Source of the DNA: Callorhinchus milii
Taxonomy: Eukaryota
Assembly: GCF_018977255.1 (NCBI RefSeq)
Contig: NW_024704743.1
Location: 79,672,001 to 79,736,000, forward strand
Length of the DNA stretch: 64,000 nt
Direction: 5' to 3'
Positions 24,211-35,110 of this stretch are shown here, in pieces (positions within the stretch are counted from its first letter, which is position 1; every line of letters begins with the position of its first letter). The position numbers were made by a program, and so were the translations under genes. The notes under the pieces are model-generated. The model made no database searches. It saw only the letters and a program-made list of their open reading frames with translations, and had not been told where the DNA came from.

Positions 24211-25745
24211 TACAAAGCTGGTTCCGCAATTCTATAAGATCATGGCTGATCTGTACCTCAAGCCCAATTATCCAGTTATTACTTTTGCTTGTATCAATAC
24301 CACTAAAGTTCAAAAGGTGAGCTTTGTCCTGATCTTATTAATATCATTTGAAATTGTGAGAATTTTTTGAAGTGACAATAATGCTAAAAATCCCTACATT
24401 TGATATCGCCCTTTCCATGCCAGAGGACACCCGAAAACATTTCATTGGATTACTATACAGTGTAATGACTGTATTTCTAAATGAATGAGTAACAGTGGAT
24501 TAGCCAACAGCGTAACAGTGGAGTCCATTGCAGTCATTTATTTGTGATCTTTTAATGAAAGCGTTCAGTATGAAGCAAGATCCTATATATTGCACTAACC
24601 AACTGAGACTGAAAGATTCAGACTGATTACAACCCAGATTTACACATTATATGTCCATGATGGAGTCCACTGTGAAACACCAGAAAGACGTAAAGCGACA
24701 GGAGCGAGGCTTTACGCACTGGAAATGCCAGCACTGGAAGACATCTGGGTTGAAGGGTACATTTTACAAAATTTCCATTCACTGTGACCCAGCTGTCAGA
24801 AATAAGTTGTACAAAGCTAAAAACCTCCTGAACTTGCACTCTACCACAGAACATCAGTTTAAACACCTTGTCAGCTATCATGCAAGAAAATATCAGATGG
24901 AGCACATGCAAATTTTGCTTCCTGATACTTCTAAATATGAATCTACGTTGCAATGGAATCTAGAACTCGAGACAATTTATCAAGTGATCTATTTAAACTT
25001 CGTTAAAGGACTTTGTGACTGTGACTTTGGTAAATGTTATCTTAATACTTTGTTTGTACACAAAGGAGGAAGTGAGTACGCAATGATCCCATTATGCTGC
25101 CAATGGCTTTTGCAGCTGTAAAAATTATTATTTTTTATCATAGTTTAAAGTGTCTTATTTCATCACTAATATTTTTTATTTACTAATTGTCGGACCTGCT
25201 GACCCACACACCCCAGGCTGTGGGATGGGGAGGGGAGTGGATGGACATATGGCATTATCTTAGCCATCAATAAACATTGCTCTGTATTGGGGGTATGTGA
25301 CTCTATCCTGGTAAGAGGTTTCTCCACCTCCCCATTAATGAGATGCCAGCCCTCTGCTCAGTGTCATCTACCCCTCCCCACACAGGAACAATGAGGTGAG
25401 TAAGTGAGCAGAATGGAGGCCGAGTCTATCATTGTCCCAGTCTGCAACACTGCACACTGATGTGATGCAGCACAGCACTGACTACCGAGTTATTTTCATA
25501 TATCTCTAAAATAAATTGCAACCCAAATGGGGAAAAAATGCAAGAATCTGTATGGCAGATATTTACGCTTTAAAAAACACAACACCTGGTGCTGTGTGAG
25601 CTTTCCCCTGGAAACTGACAGTTCCTATCTGTTCAGAGAATGATGCTCATCTGGAAAACTTCTTCCAACATCCCTTTAGTCATTTGCCCATATCCCTTTG
25701 GATTTACTTTAAATTCAATGTTGTGCGCCTCTCCGGAAATATGTG

Positions 25746-25981
25746 CCAGGGTGGTGAATGTATGGAACTCGCTACTCCAAAGGGCTGTTGACACTCAGTC
25801 CTTGAACATATTCAAGACTGAAATAGATATATCTCTTATTGCAAAAGGGATTAAGGGATATGGGGATAAGGCAGGGTTATGTTATTAGCTGAAGTTAGAT
25901 TAGAAGATTAGCCATGATTGAATGGTGGGGCAGGCTCGAAGGGCCGAATGGTCTACTCCTGCTCCTACATGTTATGTTATG
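25746..25981 (+). mobile_element. CR1 LINE 3' end
   Basis: RVVNVWNSLLQRAVDTQSLNIFKTEID..GIKGYG, then 'agccatgattgaatggtggggcaggctcgaagggccgaatggtctactcctgctcct' and a (TGTTA)n tail. Confidence 0.9.
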
Positions 25982-27467
25982 AATAAGTCACTGTTCCATG
26001 GTGATCAGCCAACTTGTAATATCATGCCCAAGTGACCATTCTCCATGTGTGATCCAGACAGTTTGCATCAGCAGTCAATTGGACCCGAGAGAATATCACA
26101 GCCAAGCCTGGTCCTGTTCTCCAACATCTAACTCCCCAGGCCCACAACCAACAGTTCTGCTTACAGATGAAATTCTGACACATCTCTCTCTCACACACAC
26201 AATTGTCTTTGTTTCACATTTACTGCATTTTCACCAGATCACATCATTTTGAGTTGCTAAGAACAAGCAGAATCAGTTAGTTTCAAACTGAATGGTGTTA
26301 CTTAAAGAGTACTAGGGAAGAAAGCTCTTTTAGTGCCCTCTGGATGATGACTTATCTAACTGCTAAGTGTTTTTGTATTTGCAGTCATATAAGTCCCCAG
26401 TAATCAGATCTTGATCAGATCAAGTCCTGGTTTGAGAGTCTGAAGGGAATGTTGAACCTGACTCAGTGTGGCGCCTCAGATTATAGTATTTCAATCAAAC
26501 TCTCCGACTTACAGCTTATACCTTTTAGCTAATATATCAAATCTAGTGATTCTATCCAAAGCGGCTCAACAGATTATTATCCCAACTGCACCTGTTCATT
26601 ACCTCATCGGTGAACAGCAATTTAAGGAGGGAAAATCAAGCATGAGTATCTTTATTTTAGACTATACGTGTCAATATACCTTATACTAACTGAACTACTA
26701 CAGAGGTTTTTATCCATTTCATAGATTCGTACAGGGAATATATCAAGTAATCACAGAAGATGGAATGGTGTTTCTTTCACGTTTGATAGTTCTGAACCCA
26801 GGTGTCTCGCTTACGAGCCAAGTGCTCTAACAACTGAGCCACAGAACTCCACAAAAAAGGTTTTGGTCATTCACATGGGTGTAACATCAGCAACAACTTC
26901 AAACTGATTACAGAATAGGTTGATTTCTCTTTCAATTTGATTCAATTTTTGATATGTGTGGTCATTTATATTCAATGCAGTATCAATATTCAATATAATT
27001 CTGCATTTTCCATAATTCAATGTAACTAGATTTTACCTTTGTAAGTCTGTGCCTTGAGATGCTCTTAAAATAATGTCATTGCAGCATGAAAAGGCTGCTA
27101 TATCCTTTCATATACACTTGCCTGGCTTTGATGGTATCTTTGATCTGCAGAGAGACTGAATGGGATTCACTTTGATCAGGCTGAAAAGCTGTTTGTAGAG
27201 CAGTTGAATCACATATAGTAAATGTGAATGATAATATAAAATAAATAATCTAAAATACAGCATTCATTACTGTACACTCCTTACTGATTATGATTGAGCC
27301 TAATGTCATGTAGTATCAAGAGTTTACCTAAAAAATACACAGTCCTTAAACGTTGCAGTGTAACATGTAACGTCCTCCTGACGTTAAAAGTGCTATACCA
27401 AATGTAAGGATTATTATTATTTTATTATTACTATTATGAGACTTCATTAGGGGGTAAGGAATCTCAA

Positions 27468-27697
27468 GGTAGAAATTCTATCTATGTCTAAGTTTACTCT
27501 ATTAACTTAGCATTTCAGAACAACTAGAGTTCTTAAATTGTTACGGATCATTTAAAATCATTTTTCTGTCATTTGTTTTAAAGAACTGCAGGAAATCAGC
27601 TTCAAAGTTAAGACTGAATTCGTCAAATTTGCTAAATTCTGGTTGCTCTGAACTGCTAATAAAATAGAGTAAATCTAGACCCACGTAAAATTTCTCC
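27468..27697. mobile_element. MITE-like element, second copy, inverted relative to 1141-1372
   Basis: Same TIRs; interior 'aagaactgcaggaaatcagcttcaaagttaagactgaat' matches the reverse complement of the first copy. Confidence 0.72.
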
Positions 27698-27711
27698 TGA
27701 CACTCTTATTG

Positions 27712-28118
27712 TGTGTCAGCCTGGCTCATTCAGTATCCCTCATCTCTGAGACAGAAGATTGTGAGTTCAAGACCCACATCAGTACTTGGAACTCATATAG
27801 TCTAGGTTGACAGTCGAACGTAGTACTCAGGGTGTACTGCATTGTCAGAGGTTTGCCGTCCTTTGGATGAGACATTAAACCAAGGCCTATCTTAAAAAGA
27901 AAATGCAAGGATTATTATCTGCCTGTTCAGATGGACATTAAAAATCCCATTTAAAAAGAGAAGGGAGTTTCACTCTCCTGGTGTCCTGGCCAACAAACTC
28001 CCAATTAAAATTGATGATTCACTTCGTGGTCGTTTGTGAAATATTGCTGTGGGCAAATTGAATGCCATGTTTGTCTAAAAAATACGCAGTCACTATACTT
28101 TGCTATAAATCCTGTGAA
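27712..28118 (+). mobile_element. Deu-SINE family B, near full-length
   Basis: Head 'ctctgagacagaagattgtgagttcaagaccc', body and Deu core; tail interrupted by the next SINE. Confidence 0.85.
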
Positions 28119-28433
28119 GTGGAGTCCTTTGGCTCAGAGGTAAAGCATTTGCCTCGCAAGCGAGAGACCTGTGTTCGATTCCCGGCAGGGCGGAACCTTG
28201 GGCAAGTTTCCTTACTCCACATGCCTGATAATAATCCCTCAAGAAAAAAAATTATGAAATTGGTCACTTCAACCCATGACTGTTTGTGGGACTCTGCTGT
28301 GAGCAAATGGCTACTGCATTTCGCCCACAAATATACAGTCAATTCCCTTCACAGTCTATTCTGTGAAGTGCTTTGAGATGTCTAGAAGACGTGAAAAAGC
28401 GCTATAAAAAAGCAAGGATTATTATTNTTATTA
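28119..28433 (+). mobile_element. SINE family A, short form
   Basis: 'gtggagtcctttggctcagaggtaaagcatttgcctcgcaagcgagagacc'; lacks the long central segment. Confidence 0.9.
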
Positions 28434-30179
28434 TACCAAATGTAAGGATTGTTATCAATATCATATTTTTATTGGAATGGAAATGTGCTATGTAATGTAT
28501 TTTTCACCTACTCACTAGACTTTGAAAAGTAAACCTCTGTGAAACGCTTTGAGACGATTCGACATGACAAGAACACTTATATCAAATAAAGGATAATTAT
28601 ATTATTATTATTCAAACTATTGTTTTCAATATTTTAAAACATGGTAAAATGTATTTGAAATTACTTTTAAAAATCTCTGTAAATTAACTGAATATACAGC
28701 AGCTGAGCATGTTTCAAGCAAATCAACCAGAAATCGAAAAGTAGGTCACTGGGTAAGTGCCTGTTATCCTTTGAAAAAATACGATTGTGTTTGTTGAATT
28801 GCTATTTTAACTGTCAATCAAATGTCTGATTTTCACAACCGTTATGATTATGTTTTTTTCATCCCCTTTAAGGTCTTAGATAAACATTCTCTGGAATATT
28901 GGTACCACATCTGTCTTTTTTCCCCCAAGTATCACTCATTACTTGAAGTCAATGGAGAGGGGTGGAGGGCGGTGCTGGGGGGAGAAGGAAGATTTGCATT
29001 TATGTGATCCATTAGTCTGGATTTAGTGTACCTTTTTTCCCAAAGAGTTGCATTCATCGCTTTGATCTGAATTGGTTAGCGAAGGGAATGTGCTCCAGCT
29101 TCATCTCTTAGTACTGGGACTTCTGTAACCATGGGTCAGGAGTTGGGATTTTAAAATTACCATGTTAGCTTTTAAAGGCTTGTGTAAATAACCATTAGAT
29201 TGAGCCTGGGAAATTCATATTCCCCACAGAGTGTACCAGCCAGCAATGCGGATGCAGAGTAACCAACCATTCCATCTGTGATGATAAGAAGAAGGGGGAG
29301 GGGTAAACCATCACTTACATTCAACTGACATGAAGGTCTGGCAAGCTAACCATTAGCCTGAGCAGGGGAATTGTTGAGTTCAGACAATGCTCTGATTGAC
29401 TAGCAGTGTTGAATATCTGGAAATGTGGATTTTAAACAATAAATACTGTACTTAGGGATCCTGAGGAAATAGAATTGTGATTCCAAAGGGGTGAATGGAA
29501 AAAAAGCTCAAATCACAGGATGTCATTGTGATTGTAGCTTCAAACATTTCATTCACGCATTTAAACCTTGCGAGAATCCCTTGAGTCCCAGGTTTTCTAG
29601 GAGTTCTGCGTTCCCAAACCTAGATGATTGTGAGCTCTAATCTCAACTTTTATTACAAGGGAATATTCAGGTAAATTTGGCTTTGGAGAAACCAAAGAGA
29701 AAGCTTCACAGCCACAGAATGCAAGTCAACATAGCGGTAGGTCTTATCAATGCTTCTCTGGACGCCACTCAGTCACAGACACCAGGCTGCTTTCACAAGA
29801 TACCTTTGCTTGTTGGTAAATCTGGCTGTGAAATCCACTGGAAATTTCATGAGTCCATGATCTATTGGTTTATATGCTGATGTCTACAGTTTCTTAAAAT
29901 AGATAGAGGTCAACTCAATTTCTGTTTGGACTAAAACGATACTAGGAACAAGCAACCAATCGATTGTAAATTAGATCGTTAACTGCATTTCTTTTACCCA
30001 GCTTACTGGAGTTTTTCATATGTTTTCAGATAAAAATTCTAATTTTCAACTTCCTGTATCCTCTTCTTTTTTAAAAATTCTGATGTCTTGTGGTACCAAA
30101 TAGCTCAAAATAATACATGTCTTTCGTTTACACTCTCCCCCCACTTCCATTTTTCTTTTTTACCTCTTGTTCAGGTACA

Positions 30180-30365
30180 TTGGGATAAAATTAATCATTC
30201 AATTCATGGCTGTTTGTGAGATATTTGCTGTGTGCAAATGTGGCTGTCACATTTGCCTACTAATACAGAATGACTGCATTTCACAGTAAAATCCTGAGAA
30301 GTGCTTTGAGAGTCTTGACAGTGTGATAAGGCGCTATATCAAATGCAAGGATTATTATTTATTAT
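30180..30365 (+). mobile_element. Deu-SINE 3' half
   Basis: 'catggctgtttgtgagatatttgctgtgtgcaaatgtggctg' and tail. Confidence 0.75.
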
Positions 30366-30480
30366 GATTTGACAAGCACCTTCCAGCACCTCATCCAAGG
30401 GATTATGCTTTGTGTATTCTTTGAGCATTGCAGTGGAGTCCACTGCATTATACATTACCAGGGCCAATGGAATATTGCAG

Positions 30481-30800
30481 CAATAACAACAACAAAATTA
30501 CATTTATAGAGTGCCTTTCACGTCGGGAGGACATCCCAAAGCGCTGAACAGTCAGGTGTTGGGGCCCGAGCATGGGGGAAGGGTGGGGTAGTGGTGAGAG
30601 AAGGCAGAGAGGTGGGAGGGAGACCAAAGGCACGGTCGAAGAGAAGGGTCTTGAGACCGGCCTTGAAGGAGGCAAGGGAGGAAGCGAGGCAAAGGGACTG
30701 TGGGATGGAGTTCCAGAGTGTGGGGGCAGAGAGGCTGAAAGCCTGGCCACCGTTGGTAGGGCAGGTCGGGCAGGAGACATGGAGCAGGCCGGAGGCCGCT
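30481..30800 (-). mobile_element. L2 3' end
   Basis: GGQAFSLSAPTLWNSIPQSLCLASSLASFKAGLKTLLFDRAF and tail. Confidence 0.92.
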
Positions 30801-31270
30801 GAACGATATGAAAAATATTTGCCAAAATGCAGGGAAACTTGGCAAATTTTGAGTAAAATTGCAGGGAATTGATTGGTGATATTGAGAGGCACATTCTACT
30901 GCTAACCTACATTTTTTCACTTTATGGATAAATACTAAGCTGAAAGAAATAACACATCATAGATTGTTCAAAAAAAACCTTTAATTTATTAATGCTTTCT
31001 TTTACAAACTTGAGTGGCCCAACAACAACAACAACAACAATTTGCACGTATATAGCACACTCCACGCAGGGTAGGGTGACCACTTGGGGGTAACCAGAGT
31101 AACCACTTGGGGGGAGAAACACCAGCTGAGGTTCGAAGGTCTGAATGGTCCGTTTCCACCCCGCACTACATTTGAGGGCCTGGAGATCCATCGAACACTA
31201 GCATTGCTCACCATACTTGCCAGTGTGCTGACTGCAGGGCTCCAGGAGGTCACCACCTCCTACTTCCATT

Positions 31271-31604
31271 GTGGAGTCCTGTAGCTCAGTGGTTAGAGCA
31301 CTCGCTTTGCAAGCGAGAGACCTGAGTTCAATTCCAGGCAGAGGGCGAAACCTTGGGCAAGTTTCCTTACTCCACACACCTAATAATAATCCCTCCAAAA
31401 CCAAAAACAATAATAAATTGGTCATTTTCAATCTATGACTGTTTGTGGGAAATTGCTGTGCGCAATTGGCTGCCGCGTTCGCCCACAAATATACAGTCAA
31501 TTCACTTTACAGTGTGTTCTGTGAAGCGCTTTGGGACGTCCTCCCGACGTGAAAAGCGCTATATCAAATGCAAGGATTATCATTATTATTATTATTATTA
31601 TTAT
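31271..31604 (+). mobile_element. Young SINE family A, short form
   Basis: A box TAGCTCAGTGG, stem CTCGC-TTTGCAA-GCGAG, B box GAGTTCAATTCC, Deu core and L2-type tail; near-identical to 34801-35110 and 48407-48713. Confidence 0.95.
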
Positions 31605-32199
31605 CAGCTGACCTAGGTAAAGATTTGTAACTGTGCCCTGGAGTGATGTGACCATCGCATTGGCCACACCATATAATATGCAAGATGTCACTCTCGTTTG
31701 TTTGATCTGCTGACGTGATCTGCCCTGAACTGAACCTTTCTCTCTGCGAAAAAAATCCAAATGATCCACTTTTGGACACTCAAGGTTTGCACTTGTAGAA
31801 ACCTGGCCTTTTAGTTCAGCTGCTATGACTCAGTTAGACTGCTGTCCCACTGCACAGTGCTGAAAGACCTCGCTCTGTAGGGGGGCAACAACAATGGCAC
31901 AGTTGGGCCAAACCATTGTTTCCTGTTTGGAGGAGGAGCAGGTATGCACAGCTGAATTCGGTCCATGACTAAAGACTGTTCTAAATGCCAATTTTTAAAA
32001 TATCACCAGAGATAATTATCACATCACCCACCCATCTTTCACTGTTGTTCCCTGGGCGCAGGCAGCCAGCCTTGCAATACCTGACCCAAGTGACAAATCT
32101 CCACATGAGCCTTGCTAATGAGTGTTGGCTGGGGGAGGGGAGAGGAGGGGAGGAAGAGCAAGAGCACAACTAGGTTTGATTTCTAGATCGTCACATTCA

Positions 32200-32558
32200 C
32201 CTACAAATCACTTCAGCCCTCCTACCTTCCTACTTCTACAACCTGCTCACACCCCACTTCTGTCTGCCACTTTCGCTCAGCTGGCTCCGGTCTTCTGCTT
32301 GTCCCTCAACCTCTCTGCTCCGCCACTGGTGACTGTGCTTTCAGACACTACATCCCAAACTTCTGGAACTCCCTGGCTCAATCCCTCCGTCTTGTGATCC
32401 CTCTACCTGTCTTCAGATTGCACTCAAAACTTTCCCATTCGATAGTGCCTACATTCATTCCCCTTTCTCCCCCAGCTCAGCGACAAACTCCACCACCCTG
32501 CAGAGCTCCAAGATGCTACCCCGCATGATGTGCTCTATATGAATGCAAGTTGTTGTTG
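32200..32558 (+). mobile_element. Old L2 3' end
   Basis: 'ttctggaactccctggctcaatccctccgtctt' and 'aatgcaagttgttgttg' tail. Confidence 0.7.
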
Positions 32559-33964
32559 CCTTATTGTGTGTTCATCAACCTAATCAAACACACACACAAA
32601 CGCAGCAGAGGGCACTATGGATCAATAAGGTGTGTAGCCATGACTTTCTCTCCCTCCTTAGCCCAAGGGCACTAAAGTCAAATATAGAACTCCATCACCA
32701 CCTGGAACTGAGATCAGCTAACTCAGCTCAGACCAGGCATTGGACCTGAGACCACCGTGCCCTTTATAGTTCAGTCCGAAAGCACCTGAAATTGAGGCAT
32801 CAGGGAAACAAAAAGGCCAAACTTTATCTAGTAGAATTAATAAAATATTGCAGCAGCAACAATGTGTGAAGAGTGTTGTCCAAACCAGATTGCGACTGAT
32901 GCCTGTTAATGCTGCTGTAGACGTTGTTTATTAGGAGACAAAAGGGTTGGACTCAATCCCAGATATCTCACATTGTCACATTATTATTAATCTGCAGGAT
33001 TCCCACTGAAGTGAGTCTTATCCCTCCAGCAGCCACATGATGTCCTTCACCTCAAGCCTAGCTGCTCCAACCAGATGACAACGCAGAAAGAGCTGAACAC
33101 CTTACATCACAGAGAGAGAGAGAGAGACACACACACACACAGCTCTGCTGAGCTGCACTTGCCTGATGTATAGCTCACTGAATGCTCCCAACAAATATTC
33201 TGTTGAAAAGTAATAAAGAGCACTCAGAGCTATAAAAACATAACACTAGATTGCTTGTGCCTTTTTACAGGGGGTACAACTTCCACTTGGCTTCCTGCCA
33301 GTACTTTGGGAAAGACTCATTTTGCTGGTCAATGTGTAACATGAACTTCTATTAAAGCATAAAGACTGAAAGGACAGCTGGGACTGCTGAGGCCAATTCA
33401 AAGGGGGGCAGTTCAGGGTGAAATATAATCAAACCACACACAACGAGAAAGGAGAAATGCTCAGAAAACAGCGCATTAAATTTACTACAGCAATGAACCC
33501 AAATCTCGAGTGCGGTGACTGTATTGTAGCTCTGTTCTTTCTGTTTATTTTGATTCCTGCTCTCAGTATTTCTTATAATAAAATAACAATCAAAATCAGT
33601 GATCAAAAGGACCTGTCTCTCTGCACATCGTACGCAGAGAGTTTTACTGGCGATTAACACTGCCTGCACTTTGGATATAGATTTCATCAGATGTGTAAAA
33701 TATTGTTTCTTCAAGGAGACAAACAGCTGTTTTTCAAGGGGGTTAGGGTGGTCGAGAGCAGTAGTATGATATCATGTCTCTGACTCCTGTATTTACTCAA
33801 GGTCTATCTAATGAACTGTGCATTGATGCTGTGTTTATACTGCTGGAAGCGATGCAATATCTCTCCCAACGGCAGAGCGATTTGAAGCAGCAAATTGGAT
33901 TTATACAGCATTTCCTGCTCCTCAATAACAGCAGCAATAACAACAATTTGCACTTATCACAATA

Positions 33965-34325
33965 ATCCTCAACAACAACTTACAACAATTTGCAGTTATA
34001 TAGTGCCTTCCACGTCAGGAGGACGTCCCAAGGCTCTGGACAGTCAAGTGTTTGGATCCAAGCTGCGGGTTGGAAACAACAGTGGTAGAGGGCAAGGGGG
34101 ATGGGGTAGGGAGAGTGGCTGAAAGCACGGTCAAAGAGGAAGGTCTTGAGATGGGCCTTGAAGGAGGCAAGAAAGGGAGGGATTTGAGGTGGAGGGATTC
34201 CAGGATGAAGTTTCAGAGGGTCGGGGCAAAAAGGCTGAAGGTCCGACCTCCGATGGTAGAGCAGACAGTGCAGGGGACATGGAGCAGGCCAGTGTCCACC
34301 AAGTGGAGGGAGCGGGCAGGTTGTT
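33965..34325 (-). mobile_element. L2 3' end
   Basis: 'cacgtcaggaggacgtcccaagg' stem-loop; LKTFLFDRAF on the minus strand. Confidence 0.88.
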
Positions 34326-34800
34326 AACGTAAAGTGGTAAGGTTTTAGCAGGTCGCTATATCACATTCAGGTCACTTTTCACACTGGCAGGCTGTGTCAA
34401 AATGCTTCACAGGATATACTGTAAAGTGTAGTGACTGTGTATTTTAAAGGCAAACTTGACAGCCATTTTCTACACAGCGAATTGCCACAAACAGCCATGA
34501 AGTGAATGATCAGTTTTATCTGGGGATTGTAATCTACGACACTAGGAGAAACTCCCTTCTCATTTTGAATAGTGCTGTGGGATGTCCACCCAAACAGGCA
34601 AGAAGCAAGTACGGTGTGTAAGTATTGTCAATTAGACCCCACTGTAAACATAGACTGAGTCACTCTCAATCTTACTAAACACCAAGCAATACATTTGTCC
34701 ACTGAGCCATCGGTAGGTCAACGCTCTCAACCCCTCCTCCTTCATCTGGGACATAGGACACTTTGGACTGTAGGTGTCTGCATTCAGCAAACCAAACGCT

Positions 34801-35110
34801 AAAATAATCCTTGCATTTGATATAGCGCTTTTCACGTCTTCTAGACGTCCCAAAGCGCTTCACAGAATATACTGTAAAGTGAATTGACTGTATATTTGTG
34901 GGCGAAAGCGGCAGCCAATTGCGCATAGCAATGTCCCACAAACAGTCATGGATTGAAAATGACCAATTTATTATTGTTTTTTTTGTTTTGGAGGGATTAT
35001 TATTAGGCGTGAGTAAGGAAACTTGCCCAAGGTTTCGCCCTGTCTGGAATTGAACTCAGGTCTCTCACTTGCAAAGCGAGTGCTCTAACCACTGAGCTAC
35101 AGGACTCCAC
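34801..35110 (-). mobile_element. Young SINE family A, short form
   Basis: Reverse complement of 31271-31604 with few differences. Confidence 0.95.

Noticed and set aside
24078..24790. Apparent two-exon plus-strand gene (RTRRQRK...KVQK plus IYTLYVHDGVH...) resembling an SGNH hydrolase C-terminus
   Set aside because: The first 'exon' is the antisense of L2 RT (HSTETALVKV...LLVLLD) plus a CR1 tail, and its acceptor comes from an L2 (TTG)n tail. The DGVH motif is probably chance.
28427..28427. Ambiguous base 'n'
   Set aside because: It is an assembly ambiguity in a SINE tail with no biological meaning.
31271..31345. tRNA-Ala gene
   Set aside because: There is no proper acceptor stem, and it runs straight into a SINE body present in many copies.
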